NCBI RefSeq assembly: GCF_009914755.1
Contig: NC_060926.1
DNA: 64,000 nucleotides
Reading direction: 5' to 3' (one strand)
From: the human T2T-CHM13v2.0 reference genome, Homo sapiens
The stretch's first letter is position 1. Every line of letters starts with the position of its first letter. Position numbers and translations under genes: made by a program. Below the pieces are notes generated by a model. That model was not told the origin of the DNA. It made no database searches and saw nothing but the letters and a program-made list of their open reading frames with translations. This document shows, piece after piece, positions 16,306 through 32,166 of this stretch.

Positions 16306-17165
16306 TGTGGTAGTTGGTTACATCAATTGGTGGCCCCAGGTTCATCCTACTTCCTAGTATTTACACCCTTATGTAGTTTCCTCCTCTTGACTCTAGGCCT
16401 GTTATTTCCTTTATCTGATAGAATGTAACAGAAGTGACAGTGTGTTAGTTCTAAACCTAATCTTCTTGGGAACTCTGAGCTTGCATGTAAGAAGTCGGCT
16501 ATCTTTCTGTAGAGGCTACATGGATTGGCCATGTGGAACAGAAGTCCTAGAACTACTTGTAGAAAAACCAAAGAACCCAATCAATTGTGAGAACCAAGGC
16601 CCCACACATATGATATCAGTCAAGCTGTTCTAACCCCCGGCCATTGGAGCCATCCTAGCTAGGTGCTAGACATGTGAGTGAAGAAGCTATCTAGAACATT
16701 TCAGCCCCAGCGGACATCACCCAGAGAAGAGAGAGCCTTCTCCATTATGCCCTGTTGAAATTTCTGACCCACAGAATCTGGAAAAATAATAAAATGGTTT
16801 TGATTTTAAGCTACTACATTTTTTTTTTTGGAGATAGGGTCTTGCTATGTTGCCCAGGCTGGAGTACAGTGGCACCATCTGGGCTCACTGCAACCTCCAC
16901 CTCCTGGTTCAAGTGATTCTTGTGCCTCATCCTCCTGAGTAGCTGGGACTACAGGTGGGTACAACCACGTTTGGCTAATTTTTTTGCATTTTTATTAGAG
17001 ATGGGGTTTCACCATGTTAGCTAGGCTGGTCTCAAACTCCTGACCTCAAGTGATTCACCTGCTCAGCCTCCCAAAGTGCTGGGATTACAGGTGTGAGGCA
17101 CCGTGCTGGGCCTAAGCTACTAAATTTTGGGGTAGTTTGTTATATAACAATAGGCAACAAAAACA
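16306..17165 (+). mobile_element. MLT1 (MaLR) LTR with internal Alu (16819-17112, -)
   Basis: tgtggtag... start and tttaagctacta...ttggggtagtttgttatataacaatag 3' end; taagctacta duplicated around the Alu. Confidence 0.7.
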
Positions 17166-17347
17166 ATCTTTGTCATTAAATTATGATCTGTTTTCATTTA
17201 GTGTAATTAGTGATATATTTGGGTTTATGTCTACCATCTTATAACAACTTTCTATTTGCTCTATCATATGTTCTTATTTCTCTTCTATCTTGCATTTAGA
17301 TTATTTTTTATTTCCTCACATGCTCAAATTAGATTGGAAATTGCATA

Positions 17348-17692
17348 GTGTCCTGGCTTATTTTATGAATCAACTTGCCAGTGCCACTGGTGGCCAAATG
17401 TTTGGTCAAACACTATTCTAAATGTTTCTGTGAAGGTGTTTTTTGGATGAGATTAACATTTAAATCTGTAGACTTTAATAAAGCAGATTACCTTCCATAA
17501 GGTGGGTAGATCTTATCCAATGCCTTAATAGAACAAAGATTTATCTCCCATGGGCAAGAAGGAATTCTGCTAGCCGACTGCTTTTGGACTCAAACTGCAA
17601 CTCTTCTTTGTCTCTAGCCTGTTGTTCTACCTTACAGCTTTTAGGCTACTAAGCCTCCACTTCTGTTTCTCTGAAGAATCCTGACTAATACA
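17348..17692 (+). mobile_element. MLT2 (ERVL) LTR
   Basis: tttggtcaaacactattctaaatgtttctgtgaaggtgttttttggatgagattaacattt and end ttctgtttctctgaagaatcctgactaataca. Confidence 0.8.
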
Positions 17693-17852
17693 GTTTCTTA
17701 CTATTTTCTCAATGATTATTCTAAAGCTCATAAGATGTATTCTTGACTTACCAGAGTCTAATATTAACTATCACTTTTTCCATACTTCTAGAAAATGCAC
17801 TGATTTTAGAACACTTGATTCCATTTACCTTCTCCTGACATATACCATTATT

Positions 17853-17854
<2 letters not shown>

Positions 17855-17895
<41 letters not shown>

Positions 17896-18157
17896 TTAAG
17901 AGGGTCTCTGTTGCTCAGGCTAGAGTGCAGTGCAGTGGTGCAATGATGGCTTACGGGGCTCAAGCAATCTTCCCACCTCAGCTTCCCAGGCTTTCCACTA
18001 CAGGAATGTGCCATCGTGCCTGGCTAATTTTTTAATTTTATGTACAGATGGGGTCTCACTATGTTGCCCAGGCTTGTCTCTAACTCCTGGGCTCAAGTCC
18101 TCCTGCCTCAGCCTCCCAAAGTGCTGGGATTACAGCCGTGAACCACCGCACTTAGCC
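17855..18157 (-). mobile_element. AluJ with (GT)20 microsatellite at the tail (17855-17894)
   Basis: Reverse AluJ (cactatgttgcccaggc, ctcctgggctcaag) plus a GT run. Confidence 0.88.
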
Positions 18158-20559
18158 TACTGTATATTTTTAAATACAGAAGACAAGACTATTATAGTCT
18201 TATATAGTCAGTATCAATATTCATTTAGATTTACCTATATATTTATCATTTTTCTTGATCTTTATTTCCTACCATATCTATGATATAACTGGGATCATTT
18301 ACTTCCTGCCTATGGAATGCCACTGTGAATACTGTTTTGTTCCTTTGGAAATTCCTTAATTTTACTTTCATTCTTAAAAAATATTTGTTTCATCCCTTTA
18401 AAGTTGTCATTCCATCATTTTCTGGCTTCAGCTATTTCTGTTAAAAAGTCAACTGCAAGTCTAATTTTCTTTTTTTTAAGTCCTCTCTTTTCTCTGGCTG
18501 CTCTTAAAGATTTTTCTTCTTGTCTTCAGATTTTAGCAAGTTTTTCATGATGTGTCTATATATCAGCTGTGTGGATTAAAAAAATATCCTGATGGAGATT
18601 CATTGGTTCAAATATTATTTAAGCTGAATACCTTTTCCCTTCCTTTTGGAATGTCATTTATGTTCATATTAAACTTCCTAACTCTATCTTCTATGTGTTC
18701 TATATTTTCCATCTTTTTTCCTTTTTGTGCTTCATTCTGAATAGTTTCTTCTGACTTACCTTCTAGTTCACTAATTCTATCTTTATCTGTGCCTAATATG
18801 CTCTTAAACCCATCATTGAGTCTTTATTTTCAGTTAGTAAATTTTTTTGTTCCAAAATTTTCATCTGGCTCTTTTTTCAAGTTTCTAGTTGTCTGCCCAC
18901 ATATTTAATCTTGTGTTTGATTTATTTGAACATAGTAGGCATTGTTATTTTTAAATCTGTACCTGATAATTTCATTACCTGACCCCTGTTGGGTCTGTTT
19001 TTGTTCTCTGTTGTTTCTGCTATATTTTTCTAATTTCCTTAGGTAACTGATTTTTAAAAATTGTGTACGAGGCACTGTGATTTCAAAATTATCTGTAGAA
19101 ATTATTTGAGGCCTAGAATGATATAGTTTCACTCCAGAAAGGATTTTAGTTTGCTTCTGCCAAGTGCTTGTGGGCATGAGCTCAAAGGAATTATCCTAAT
19201 CCAGTTTCAAGGTTGAGATGATCTGAAACTGAGCTACAGACCTTTTACTTTTATGATGGAGCTCTTTGAATTCCTAGTCCAAAGCAAGGGGCCTTCAACA
19301 GAGTTCATCTCTTTCTCTCTTAGTATGCCCTGAACTCAAATCTCTGTCCCCCATTCCTGCTCATCCTCTCAGCAGCCCTCTACGGAATTGACCTCCATCA
19401 TTCCCCAGATCATGGCCTGGTAATTCCTCATTAACTTTTTAGCTTTCTCATGCCTTCAAGCTGATATCTTTCATATTTTGTTGAAGATTGATCCAAATTA
19501 CTGTTAATACCAAGGCATACAAAAATGTAGATATCATTAAATATAGGTAGTTGCTTTTAAAAAATGCATTGAAAATGATCCTTCAGGAAAAAAAAATCAG
19601 ACTTTTATTCATAATTCTAACCTTTTAGCCCAAGTGGCAGACCAGTATTTAGGAATATTATATACTAGTCCTGGTATTGTAAAATTTGAGATTAGTTACT
19701 TATTTTATTGACAAACATTATTGAACATCACCACTGTACCTGAAGCTCTTCTTAGAAATTAGATTATAGAAAAACTTGGTTCTTGACCTCAAGGGGCTTG
19801 AAGTCTAGACTCCTTATTGACAAACTGGTTATTTTTAGAATCATCAATTCATGATCAAAAAGTCTTTTGTTAAATTTATGTAGCATTATACAATGATAAA
19901 TACATTTAAAACACAAACAAATATTTGAGCTTCTATCACTTTTTAGCCTAAGCATGGGAGCATTTTAAACAATATATTTTCTAATGCATGTGTCTTCCAG
20001 TAAAGTTTATCACTGAATATGTTTCTTGGAAATATTTTGGAGACAGAAGAATAGTAAGCTTCACAAGAGATCTTAAAGCCAGGATCATCTTTTTCCTAGA
20101 GTTCACTTCTTGTTTCCTAGCCTTTTTACTGTTGCAAACTCCTGGGAAAAGCTATTCACTCTGAATCATCATTATCTTTAATCAGGGCTTTTCCTTGGCA
20201 GATGTTCAAAGTCCTCTAACACAACCTGCAGGTATACAGGTATCCCTGGACTGTAAACTAAGGGCATAACAGATTTGCTGAGACCTCAGCCTTACTCACA
20301 AATTTTATTTAAATATGCCCAGACTTTCTGGGTTGAATCAGTCGGTAAGAGGATTAGGAGAGGCAATTTAGAGAATGAGGGTGCAGTAGATTCATCATTT
20401 GATCTGGGACAAATTACATAACTTTTCTGGATTTGTTTTCTCATGATAGATTGAGTTCCTGGATGATACATCTCTGAAGTATCGTCCAGCTCTCAAATTC
20501 TGTGATCCTTCTACAGTTAAACAGGACTGCTTAGCCACCTGATTTTAAAATAGATGGAC

Positions 20560-20908
<349 letters not shown>

Positions 20909-22099
20909 TTAAAGTTCAATATATCAAGTAAGATATTAGTAAAATAATTTGTAAGAAGATTAACATATATTATGTTAGTAGCCACCACAACAATGGCTGG
21001 CAGAGATAAAACAAGACTGAGGTGTGAGGAGGCTATGGCTCCTTTGTGGCTCCATCTTCTTTCAATCTTCCCTTCGTTCTTTCCCCTGCTCCCTCTCTAC
21101 TACACCCTCGTTCCAAGAATTTCCTTCAGTATGTCCATATGAGTGGGCAACAGTGATTGCTCCGAAGGGAGAAGTCACAGCAACTCCTGTTCCAATTGAA
21201 GCACACTGTACATTTGCCTTGTGGCCTCCGAATGTAGCTGTGAGGCCCTCCAGGACAGTGCAAGAAAGACAAATGAAACTGGTAGATGACTAAACAAGTT
21301 ATATAAATGCAGCGTTCCATCTGTGGAATGACGGGATCAAATGTTTATATTTTAAAAATATATTCTGATGCCCATAATTCTTCTGCAGCTATCAGCCCCA
21401 CAGCCTGACTTGTTTTATTGTCAGCAGGTAGCTTGTTTCACACACAGCTCACCTTCTACTCAGAGCCTGGACACACAGTGAACATGCTCAGTCAGTATCC
21501 GGGCTTCGTATACCTTTTCTTTTAGTCTACTCAACACCTTTGTGAGATAGGTATCACTACTCTAGTTTTTGAAGATATTGATAGAGAAACTCAGAGATTT
21601 AATTATCAGGATCATATTCGTAGCAAACTAGAGCCTTAGTGCTGCCACTTCTCATACCTTTGACGGGTCATTTTTCTAAGTCTCAGTTTCCATATCTGTA
21701 AAGTTTCCACTTCTAAGCCTCCGTTTCCGTATCTGTAAAGTTTCCATGAGTTAGATAGGGTTCTCAGATTTAGTAAAACGAACCAAAACAAACAGGAAGT
21801 ATAACCCAAACGGGATATTCTTATATTTTTAAAAAAAATCTCCATTTTTCTGAAATTCAGGTTTAAATGAGCTCTCCTGTATTTCGTGTGGCAAAGCTAT
21901 GTTATTATTATGGATATGACAATGGATGTGAAGTCCTTAGCTTCTGTAAATCCTATGCACATTAAATTTTGGATTTGATCCGTAAGTCTTTTTTTCCCTA
22001 CTGCAAACACAGTGACTTGTTTCCACAGAACATTTCAGTCAAGCCAGAGTAACACTACTTTAAGTTACAGCAATGCTTTACCGTTCCTAAAGCGCTTTC

Positions 22100-23500
22100 A
22101 AAGCCCAGGCAATGGCGGAAGGTCTTGCGGAAACCCACATAACGTGGGGTGTCGAGGAAGGTCTCCTCAGCCCGGGCACAGGCACCGAGGGCCGTACTGC
22201 CCTGCGGCAGCCTAGCCCCGCCCCCGCGCCTCCTCGACCACTCAGCGGCCGCGCCGCGCCTCCGCCGCACTCCTATAGGTCCTTCCTCGGACATGCGAGG
22301 CCTTTGCATTTTCCCGCTTTCCCCTGCCCTGCTCAGCCCTAAACCCGCACCGGCCTACAGCGCCTCCACCCTGCTTTCCGTGTGAGCCCCGCCCTTCCGG
22401 ACCCTGCATTTCACCCCCACCCCAGCCGCCGTGCCAGGCAGCCAGCCGGAACCCAGGCCCCTCCCTTCGGTAGGAGGTGGGCGGGAACCGGGAGGGGCCG
22501 GCCGAGCCCCCTTCCTCGGGGTCGCGGGAGGCGGGACTGGAGGGAGGGGTGGGGCTAATCGCCTTGGCGCCGCGTTGCCATGGCAGCGGGGAAGGGGAGG
22601 GAGGGGGAGGAAGCGAGCGGGAGGGGGATGTGGTGCTGCCGGGGCCGCCACTGCAGCTGCTGCTGCCTGCTGGTTGCCGCGTCTTCCCGGAGGCGACTGC
22701 TGGAAGCTGCAGGGAACAGCTGCGGTGCTCTGCCATATTGTGTCTTCCCCGGCCGGTCCCTCGCCTCCCGGCCGAGCTGACGGTGAGTCCCGGGCGGAGC
22801 GGTCCCCTCCAGGGTCGGCGCTCCCCGCCCCAGCCCGCGGCGCAGCTCCCGGGCGCGGAGGCAGCGCGAGCGACCCGCGCCAGGCGTGGGGCGCGGAGGC
22901 GGCTGTCCCGTGACGCGCCCGGACATTTTTGTCCAGTGAGGAATTTGCGCCGGCGCGGGGGTGTCCCCGGCGCGCGTATCGGGTGGTGTGTGGGCTCCGG
23001 GGGATGTCGAACTGAGGGGAGTGTGGCTTGTGAGGAGTTAGGAGTTTTTCCTGAGAGGTAATGACCGCCCGGGAGGGGCTGTCGCGCGGCGGAAACCGCG
23101 GCGAGGGGTGTCGTCTCTCCGGGAAGGCGTGGAGGGGGCCCCAAGGACCCTCAGGGCTCGGCTCGGGGCTGGAATCTGCTGTTAGGGAAGTACCCCAAGC
23201 ACCTCGGAGCCTTTGCAACGCCCCCTCCTCTGGCTTGAAGTGGAGCGAGACATGTCGGGCTCGGAGTCCTCGTCCGGCCCCAGTTGGGACTGGCTGGGCC
23301 CCGCCAAGTAGTGCACGGGGAGGTGCCGGGGGCGGCCGGGCGTTGTGGTGGGCAGAGGCGGGTCCCGGGTGTGTGTGGGAGCGACCCCGGCACCCTCTCG
23401 CCCCTCCACCGCCTCGAGGGGGCCTCAGAGGGTGGCTGTCTTGGGAGCTACTGTTTCAGCGCTGCAATATGGACACTTCCTGTTCGCCGCCTCCTTTGGG
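22100..23500 (+). promoter_or_regulatory. FOXN2: CpG-island promoter of FOXN2
   Basis: Sharp rise in GC and CpG content; GC boxes; RFX X-box-like GTTGCCATGGCAGC (22574-22587); YY1/ETS-like ATGGCGGAAG (22112); G-tract clusters. It lies upstream of the FOXN2 coding exon. Confidence 0.92.
22610..22782 (+). other. FOXN2: FOXN2 exon 1 (5'UTR); start approximate
   Basis: Consensus donor ACG|GTGAGT (GT at 22783-22784) inside the CpG island. The TSS cannot be fixed from sequence alone. Confidence 0.8.
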
Positions 23501-25149
23501 GCCGTGGTTACCTTTGCCTTTTAGTCCTCTTTCCTGGCAAGGTGAGAGGTCTGCGGTGGAAGAGGCCTTCAGCCTTTCAAGTTTGCCCCACTGCAGCAGC
23601 AGCCTGTGTGGAACCCGGCAGGACGGTGGTAGTTAGCGGAAAGCAGCCCATGTGCTCCGTGCTCCATCCTCCACTACTTAACTCCACCCCCTTTTGCACC
23701 TTTGCAAAATGCCTCTTTTTCCACTGCATCTCTCGGGAGTTGGGGTGTCTGCTTCGCTGACGACCCACACTCTCGCAGTGTTCTTGCACTGGATTTCTGC
23801 TTTAAAGTCTTTTTACAGCAGTCTCTGAACTTCATTTTCTCCCTACTGGGAAAAAAGAGTTTTAGCGTGCAAAGAAATGACCACAGACTTTCTTTCTCCT
23901 ACCCCAACTCCGAGGTGAGGGGAGGAGGGCAGTTAAGTATTTACAGGTTAGTTGAAGTTGTTTCTCCTATCTTTTTTCTGATTGTGACAGCCACGTGGCC
24001 GGCTGAGTGTAATAGAGTGCGCTAGCGGCACTAGGGGCTGAGGTTTCTCTGGTAGCCAGGGGCTTTGTAACTGTGCTGTCGCCTCGCATGTACATTTATC
24101 TTGGTGGGAGAAGCTGAACCATTCATGCCTGTACCTGTTCCATCCGAATCTTAAGACTTACCTCTGTTACCTTGCAGTTCTCCTAAGGTGTATACCGACG
24201 TTTTTTGCCGTTCTCTGCTGTTTTGTTGATCCATCTTTAAAACCTCAGCATTATTAGGTACCATCATAGAGTGATGGGGAATAATAGAGTAGTGCATTAT
24301 GGAGTTTGCCAACTTTGGGAAAAAATATTACTTGAATTTCAAAACCATTAATGAGAGATTCTAATGCAATCAGAAGTAATTGCATTATCTGGATTTCTTT
24401 TTGATAGTTTTAGAAAAATCTATTTTTTTCTTTTTACATAAAAATTGTGATCTAAACATACGTAAATAAAATTACCAGTGAAAATACTTTTTTAGGGATG
24501 AAGTAGTGATTTGATTTGTGTATATGTGTGCTTTGTAAAGCTTTTTTTGAAAAATGTGAAGTTAATATGAACGTTAACATGAACAGATTTTAAGAGAATG
24601 AAATATAATTTTTAGAATATATAAAAGTAGAAGGTCAAAGAGTTGAAGATAAAAAATGAACTTTTGGAGAGTTTGGAAAATTTTTGAATTTAAGGACAAT
24701 CCTTGTTTACTAATGCATCGTTTCATTTTGTGAATGCTTTGGTAGGTTTGAATTATTTCTGTATTGTATGTTTTTATTTGAATCAATTTTACTGGAAGAA
24801 TGTTAAACCACAGGAACCATTTAAAATCTGCACAAGAACTGTATAGAGAAGTTACAGCAACACCATTTTATTGGAATTTTAATTACCCCATAACAATGGT
24901 GCTCAATCAGAAAAGTTAATAGATAAAGATATTGAAGTGGTATCTAGGCCTTAGGGCAGAAAAGACAATACAATTGAGAAATGAGTATATATGCTAACCA
25001 CTGAGAGCAATTTTTAGTTGAGAAAGAAAAGTAAATGAGGTCATAAAATACTTATATAAGGCTAAGGCAGGAGGCTCTCCTGAGATCAGGAGTTCAAGTC
25101 CAGCCTGGGCAGTGTAGCCAGACTCCCATCCCTTGAAAAAAGGATTGCT

Positions 25150-25879
<730 letters not shown>

Positions 25880-26039
25880 TAGTATTGTTTTATTAATAAT
25901 TTTATATCCTCTAAATGAGAAGGCTATCCCTGTCCTGCCACTAATATAAAGGGATCAAAAGAATGTTTATTATTATTTGCTTCTAAGGGATTTTGATCCA
26001 TATATACTTTATTTCCCTTACCCTAACTTTTCTATTTAA

Positions 26040-26580
26040 ATAAACTTTTTATTTTAGAATAGTTTTATAGTTACAGAAAAGTTGCAAGCTAGTATACAGA
26101 GTATACCTCACCCAGTTTCTCCTGTTCAATTTCCTACATTACAATGGTACATTTGTCACAATTAAGGAAACAAAATTGTTACAGTACTATTAACTACATA
26201 CTTTATTCCTATTTCGCTAATTTTTCCCTAATGTCTTTTTTTTGTTCCAGAATTTCACTTTCTATGACTTCTCTTTGTTTTGATGACTATGACAATTTTA
26301 AGAAGTGCTTGTCAGACATTTTATAGAATATCCCTCAATTGAGATTTATCTGGTATTTTTCTGATGATTAGACTGGGATTATGAGTTTTAGGGAGGAAGA
26401 TAACAGAGATGAATTGCCAGTCTCATCACATCATATCAAGGATACAAACTAACGACATGATAAAACTGATGACGCTTACCTTGATCAGGTGGTTGAGGTC
26501 TTTGTGGAGTTTCGCCCACTTTCCTGCCTCCTTCCGATCTCTACTCTTTTGGAAGCAAGTCACTAAGTACATGCCATACT
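26040..26580 (-). mobile_element. L1MC-type 3' end fragment
   Basis: tttagaatagttttatagttacagaaaagttgcaag motif typical of L1MC 3' ends in reverse. Confidence 0.6.
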
Positions 26581-27588
26581 CAAAAACCTTAACCTAATTT
26601 TGATTCATGTATTTGTAATTTCCCTCGACCTAATTTTCCTTTCTATAAACGAATACTTAAACTTGGACAGATATTTATTTAGTATCTATTGTATTTAGGT
26701 GCTAAGAATACAGTGGTGAGCCAGAGAGACATTTGTTCTGGAGTCTGCCTGATTTAAGTATCACATAGGATGTATCTCCTCACCTTAGGTCTTGATTTCG
26801 TTAACAGTTTATAAACATAAAATTACTGAAGCCCTGAAAGGCTAAATAATAAATAAAAGCTTGAGTAAACATTTAGAATATATGTTATTAGCATAAAGTT
26901 TAAATATATGTACCATAAAAATAGCCATCTCTTTGCTCCCAACACAGATAATGGAAAATTACTTTGATTCTTCCCGAGTAGATACATTACTGTTAAATCC
27001 CTGGGATAGTTTAATTACTGTTAACTATCTTCCTATCTTAAAAATGTTTACAGGTGTTAGAAGAAAATTCTTGCCTTCTTGCTAGTGTTTTTACAGGTAT
27101 TGGTGCTTCTGCCACTCAAAAGCCTTTTTTTTTTTTTCTGAGAAGTGCTTTGAAAGGTGTGTTGGAGAAAATACATGGGGAAAATAACAGGGACCCTGGT
27201 CTCTGTGAGAAGCCATGCTTACATATTTATGGAAAAAAAAATGAGACTGAGGAGATAAAAAACATTAATCAAAGTTTTCAAAGTGATAATAAACGTTTTT
27301 GGAGGGAATTTACTGTATATTTAATAGAAGAGTAGAAGAGTGCTGCCATCCTAACATTGGGAATGTTACTGGGAATGTTTTTAACCAAATAATACCAATT
27401 TTATTGGAGAATAAAATTTTATTAAAGACTTATTGAGTAAAGATTTCAGTTAATATTTTTCTGGTAAACTGGGTTAACTACAAAACACTCTTAATTTGAA
27501 CTTTTAATTGAAATTCTTTCTAAAATATGTCATTAATACACTTTAAATTGTATAGCCCACTGAACAGAATTTTCATATATTTAAATTC

Positions 27589-28165
<577 letters not shown>

Positions 28166-28260
28166 TGATTGAAGAATTATTAATAATCATAGCAACAACT
28201 GCAGTCTTTATTGTGTTTACTATGTATTGGCATAGTTATACTAGACATATGAGTGTATAA

Positions 28261-28561
<301 letters not shown>

Positions 28562-29225
28562 ATAATTTAATTTTCAATAATGCCGTAAGGAGTGTCATAG
28601 TCTCATAAACAGATAATGAGAAATTGTGTAAATGTAATACTGGGTATTTACCCAAATCTCTCAGACTTGAAAAAAATCATTAATCTTTGTACTACAATCT
28701 GAAGTCTTTAAAAAATGAATATTTGTTAGGATGAGATGCTTACATCTTGATCTGTTCCTAAGGAGTAGGGAAGAATACAAGGTAGGGAGAGAAACTAATA
28801 TTTATAGAATGCTTACTCTGTGGCAGGAATGTTGCTACTTTATTGTTATAGCAAGTTAAGTAAGTGGTATTATTTCCTGGGACTCAAGGAGGTTCAGTCA
28901 TTTGTCAGAGATTGCCTAAGTATGTTGGTGGCTGGTGGGTCAGTTTGACTTGAGAGACTTACTCTTTCACTTTTCTCTCCTTTTTTTTTTAACTTGCCCC
29001 AAAGCAATGAAGATACTGTTTCAGTTTTCTAGTACAGCATCTACTATATTTATTCATTCATTTAAACATTTAAATGTTCACTACATGTTATGGTCTGTAG
29101 TAGAGCATAAAAATGAATGTATTGAGTTCTGCCAACAAGGATTTATATTCTAGTGTAGTATTTCTTAAATGGGTGACTGAATTGGGGTGGGAAATTTTGA
29201 CCAGCTTTTATTAAAAAACAATCTA

Positions 29226-29768
<543 letters not shown>

Positions 29769-29927
29769 TGTTTGTTTTAGTTAAATATGTATGTATATTG
29801 TGGGTCTCTATGAAAAAAATACATTTCTTATTGTGGGATAACATTGAAAGTGAGAACTACAGGTCTAGTGGCTGAGATAGAACTGTAAGCAAATAATTAT
29901 ACATAATTAGAATAGCAAGTAAGTTCC

Positions 29928-30220
29928 TTTTTTATTTTGAGATGGAGTCTTGCTTTGTTGCCCAGCCTGGAGCACAGTGGCGTGATCTCGGCTTATTGCA
30001 ATCTCCGCCTTCGAGGTTCAAGCAATTCTTTCTCAGCCCCTGGAGTAGCTGGGACTACAGGAATGTGCCACCACGCCTAGCTAATTTTTTTGTATTTTTA
30101 GTAGAGATGGGGTTTCACCGTGTTGGCCAGGCTGGTCTCGAACTCCTGACCTCAGGTGATCTGCCTGCCCCGGTCTCCCAAAGTGCTGGTATTACAGGTG
30201 TGAGCCACTGTGCCTGGGCT
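29928..30220 (-). mobile_element. AluS
   Basis: Reverse Alu. Confidence 0.92.
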
Positions 30221-30680
30221 AGAGGTAGATTTAAATTAATAGCAGCAGTTTATTTTCCTAAATTCTTTTTTTTTTAATTGTAAAGTGAAACAAATGCAGA
30301 AAACCACACAAAACAAATGTGTAACTTAGTGAATTATAAGGCTAGCACCTGTGTAACCCTGTCCTTTAAAAAGTAACCACTGTCCTGGGTTTTCTGAAAA
30401 TGAATTAAGTTTTTGGTTTTATTACTCAAGTATGTGTCCCTAGATGCTATAGTTAAGCCTGTTTTCTTGCTCATGCTCACGCTCACGCGGATTCTTGCAC
30501 TCCCCCCTCCTTTTTTTCTTTTTCATTAAGCTTGCTTTCTTTACACCTTCTGTTTCTCTAAGATTTTATCCAATACATTTTTTTCGTAATCCTTTAAGTC
30601 TTCATTTCTGAAATGATTTTTTCCCTTTTATTTTAAATTCTTTCTTGAGCTCTATCACCTCATGTCTGAGCTTTTCTAAT

Positions 30681-30763
30681 TCTGATATATTTGATATATA
30701 TATAATACAATATATATTTCTGATATATTTGATATATATAATACAATATATATATCTGATATA
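30681..30763 (+). repeat. AT-rich ~37-bp tandem duplication
   Basis: tctgatatatttgatatatata(ta)atacaatatatat occurs twice, plus a partial third start. Confidence 0.85.
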
Positions 30764-31139
30764 GGTATTTCTCATAATTTTTTTAAGTTTACTTTGAAAT
30801 AGGAGTTCATTTTTATCTCTTTGAGCATCTCTTTCAGACTTGCTTTTATTGTTTATAGGGATGTTATTTTATTGTTTCTTTTTTTTTTTAGTTGTAACTT
30901 TGTGTGGGATTCAATCTCTTAAAAGTATGAATGCTTTCATTTATACTGTGCTAGGAATAAGATGCATGTAAGTAAATAATTGCATTATGAGACATATTCT
31001 TCTAAACATACATTCAAGGGTATTATGAGAACACAGAGTAGGAGCTTACTTTCCCCAAAGTGTAGGGATTGGATGAGGTGGACTTTAGTCATGATGGAGG
31101 TTTTTTATTGGTGTATCAATATTTTTAAATATTCTGTTT

Positions 31140-31925
31140 TTTTTTTATAACTGATATATTTTTGAGGGTACATGTGATATTTTGGTACATGTTTACAACG
31201 TGTAATGATCAAATTAAGATAATTAGAATATCTGTCACCTGAAACGTCATGGTAGTTCTGATTTTAGTTTTTGAGGAAACTCGATACCGTTTTTCATAAT
31301 GGCTGTTACTTTACATTCCCACCAACAGTGTATGCGCATTCCCCCTTTCTCCACATCCTTGCCAGCATTGTTAATTTTTGTCTTTTTGTTAAATAGCTCT
31401 TCTGACTGGTGTAAGATGGTATCTCATTGTAGTTTTAATTTGCATTTATCTGATGATTAGTGATGTTGAGCATTTTTTTCATGTTGGTTGGCTGCCTTTA
31501 TGTCTTGAAAAGTTACTGATCATGCTCTTTGCCCGCTTTTTGATAGAGTTGTGTTTTTCTTGTTGAGTTGTTTGAGTGCCTTGTAGGTTCTGGATATTAG
31601 TCGTTTGTCACATGTATAGTTTGCAAATATTTTCTCCCATTCCACATGTGGGTTCTCTTTATTGATTATTTCTTTTACTGTGCAGAAGCTTTTTAGCTGA
31701 TTAAGGTCTCATTTGTCTGTTTTTGGTTTTGTTGCAGTTGCTTTTGAGTTCTTAGTCATAAATTCTTGTTCAGGCCAATGTTCAGAAGAGTTTTTTCTCG
31801 GTTTTCTTCTAGAATTTTTATAGTATAGTTTCAGGTCTTACATTTAAGTCTTTTCTGTAGCTAATTTTTGTATATGGTGAGAGATGGGTCCAGTTTCATT
31901 CTTCTGCATATGGCTATCCAATTTA
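31140..31925 (-). mobile_element. L1MA-type 3' fragment with internal deletion
   Basis: An L1MA 3' end (gggtacatgtgatattttggtacatg) jumps to ORF2 C-terminal sequence (ttacattcccaccaacagtg). Confidence 0.75.
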
Positions 31926-32166
31926 GTAGTGCTTTTTATACAAATGAATTTACTGTTGACTTCCTTCAATTACTACTTTGAAATACTGTTCAGATGGAAT
32001 TAAAATAATATTTTAAAAATTTTCTTTTGCTATACTATTGTCATATGTCATCAACTATCTCTTAAGTAGAGACCTGAAATTTAGAAAGTGAAAAGGTCAC
32101 AAAGTAGAATGGAAAACATAGTATAACGCATAGTATTCTGTACGTGAATGACAAATTGCTCAGTAA

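Noticed and set aside
22055-23789. Many long overlapping ORFs (up to 300 aa) on both strands
   Set aside because: Low-complexity Pro/Arg/Gly/Ala translations expected from stop-codon depletion in a CpG island; no recognisable domain.
23985-24030. CACGTG E-box and residual CpGs at the island shore
   Set aside because: A single 6-mer is insufficient to call an element.
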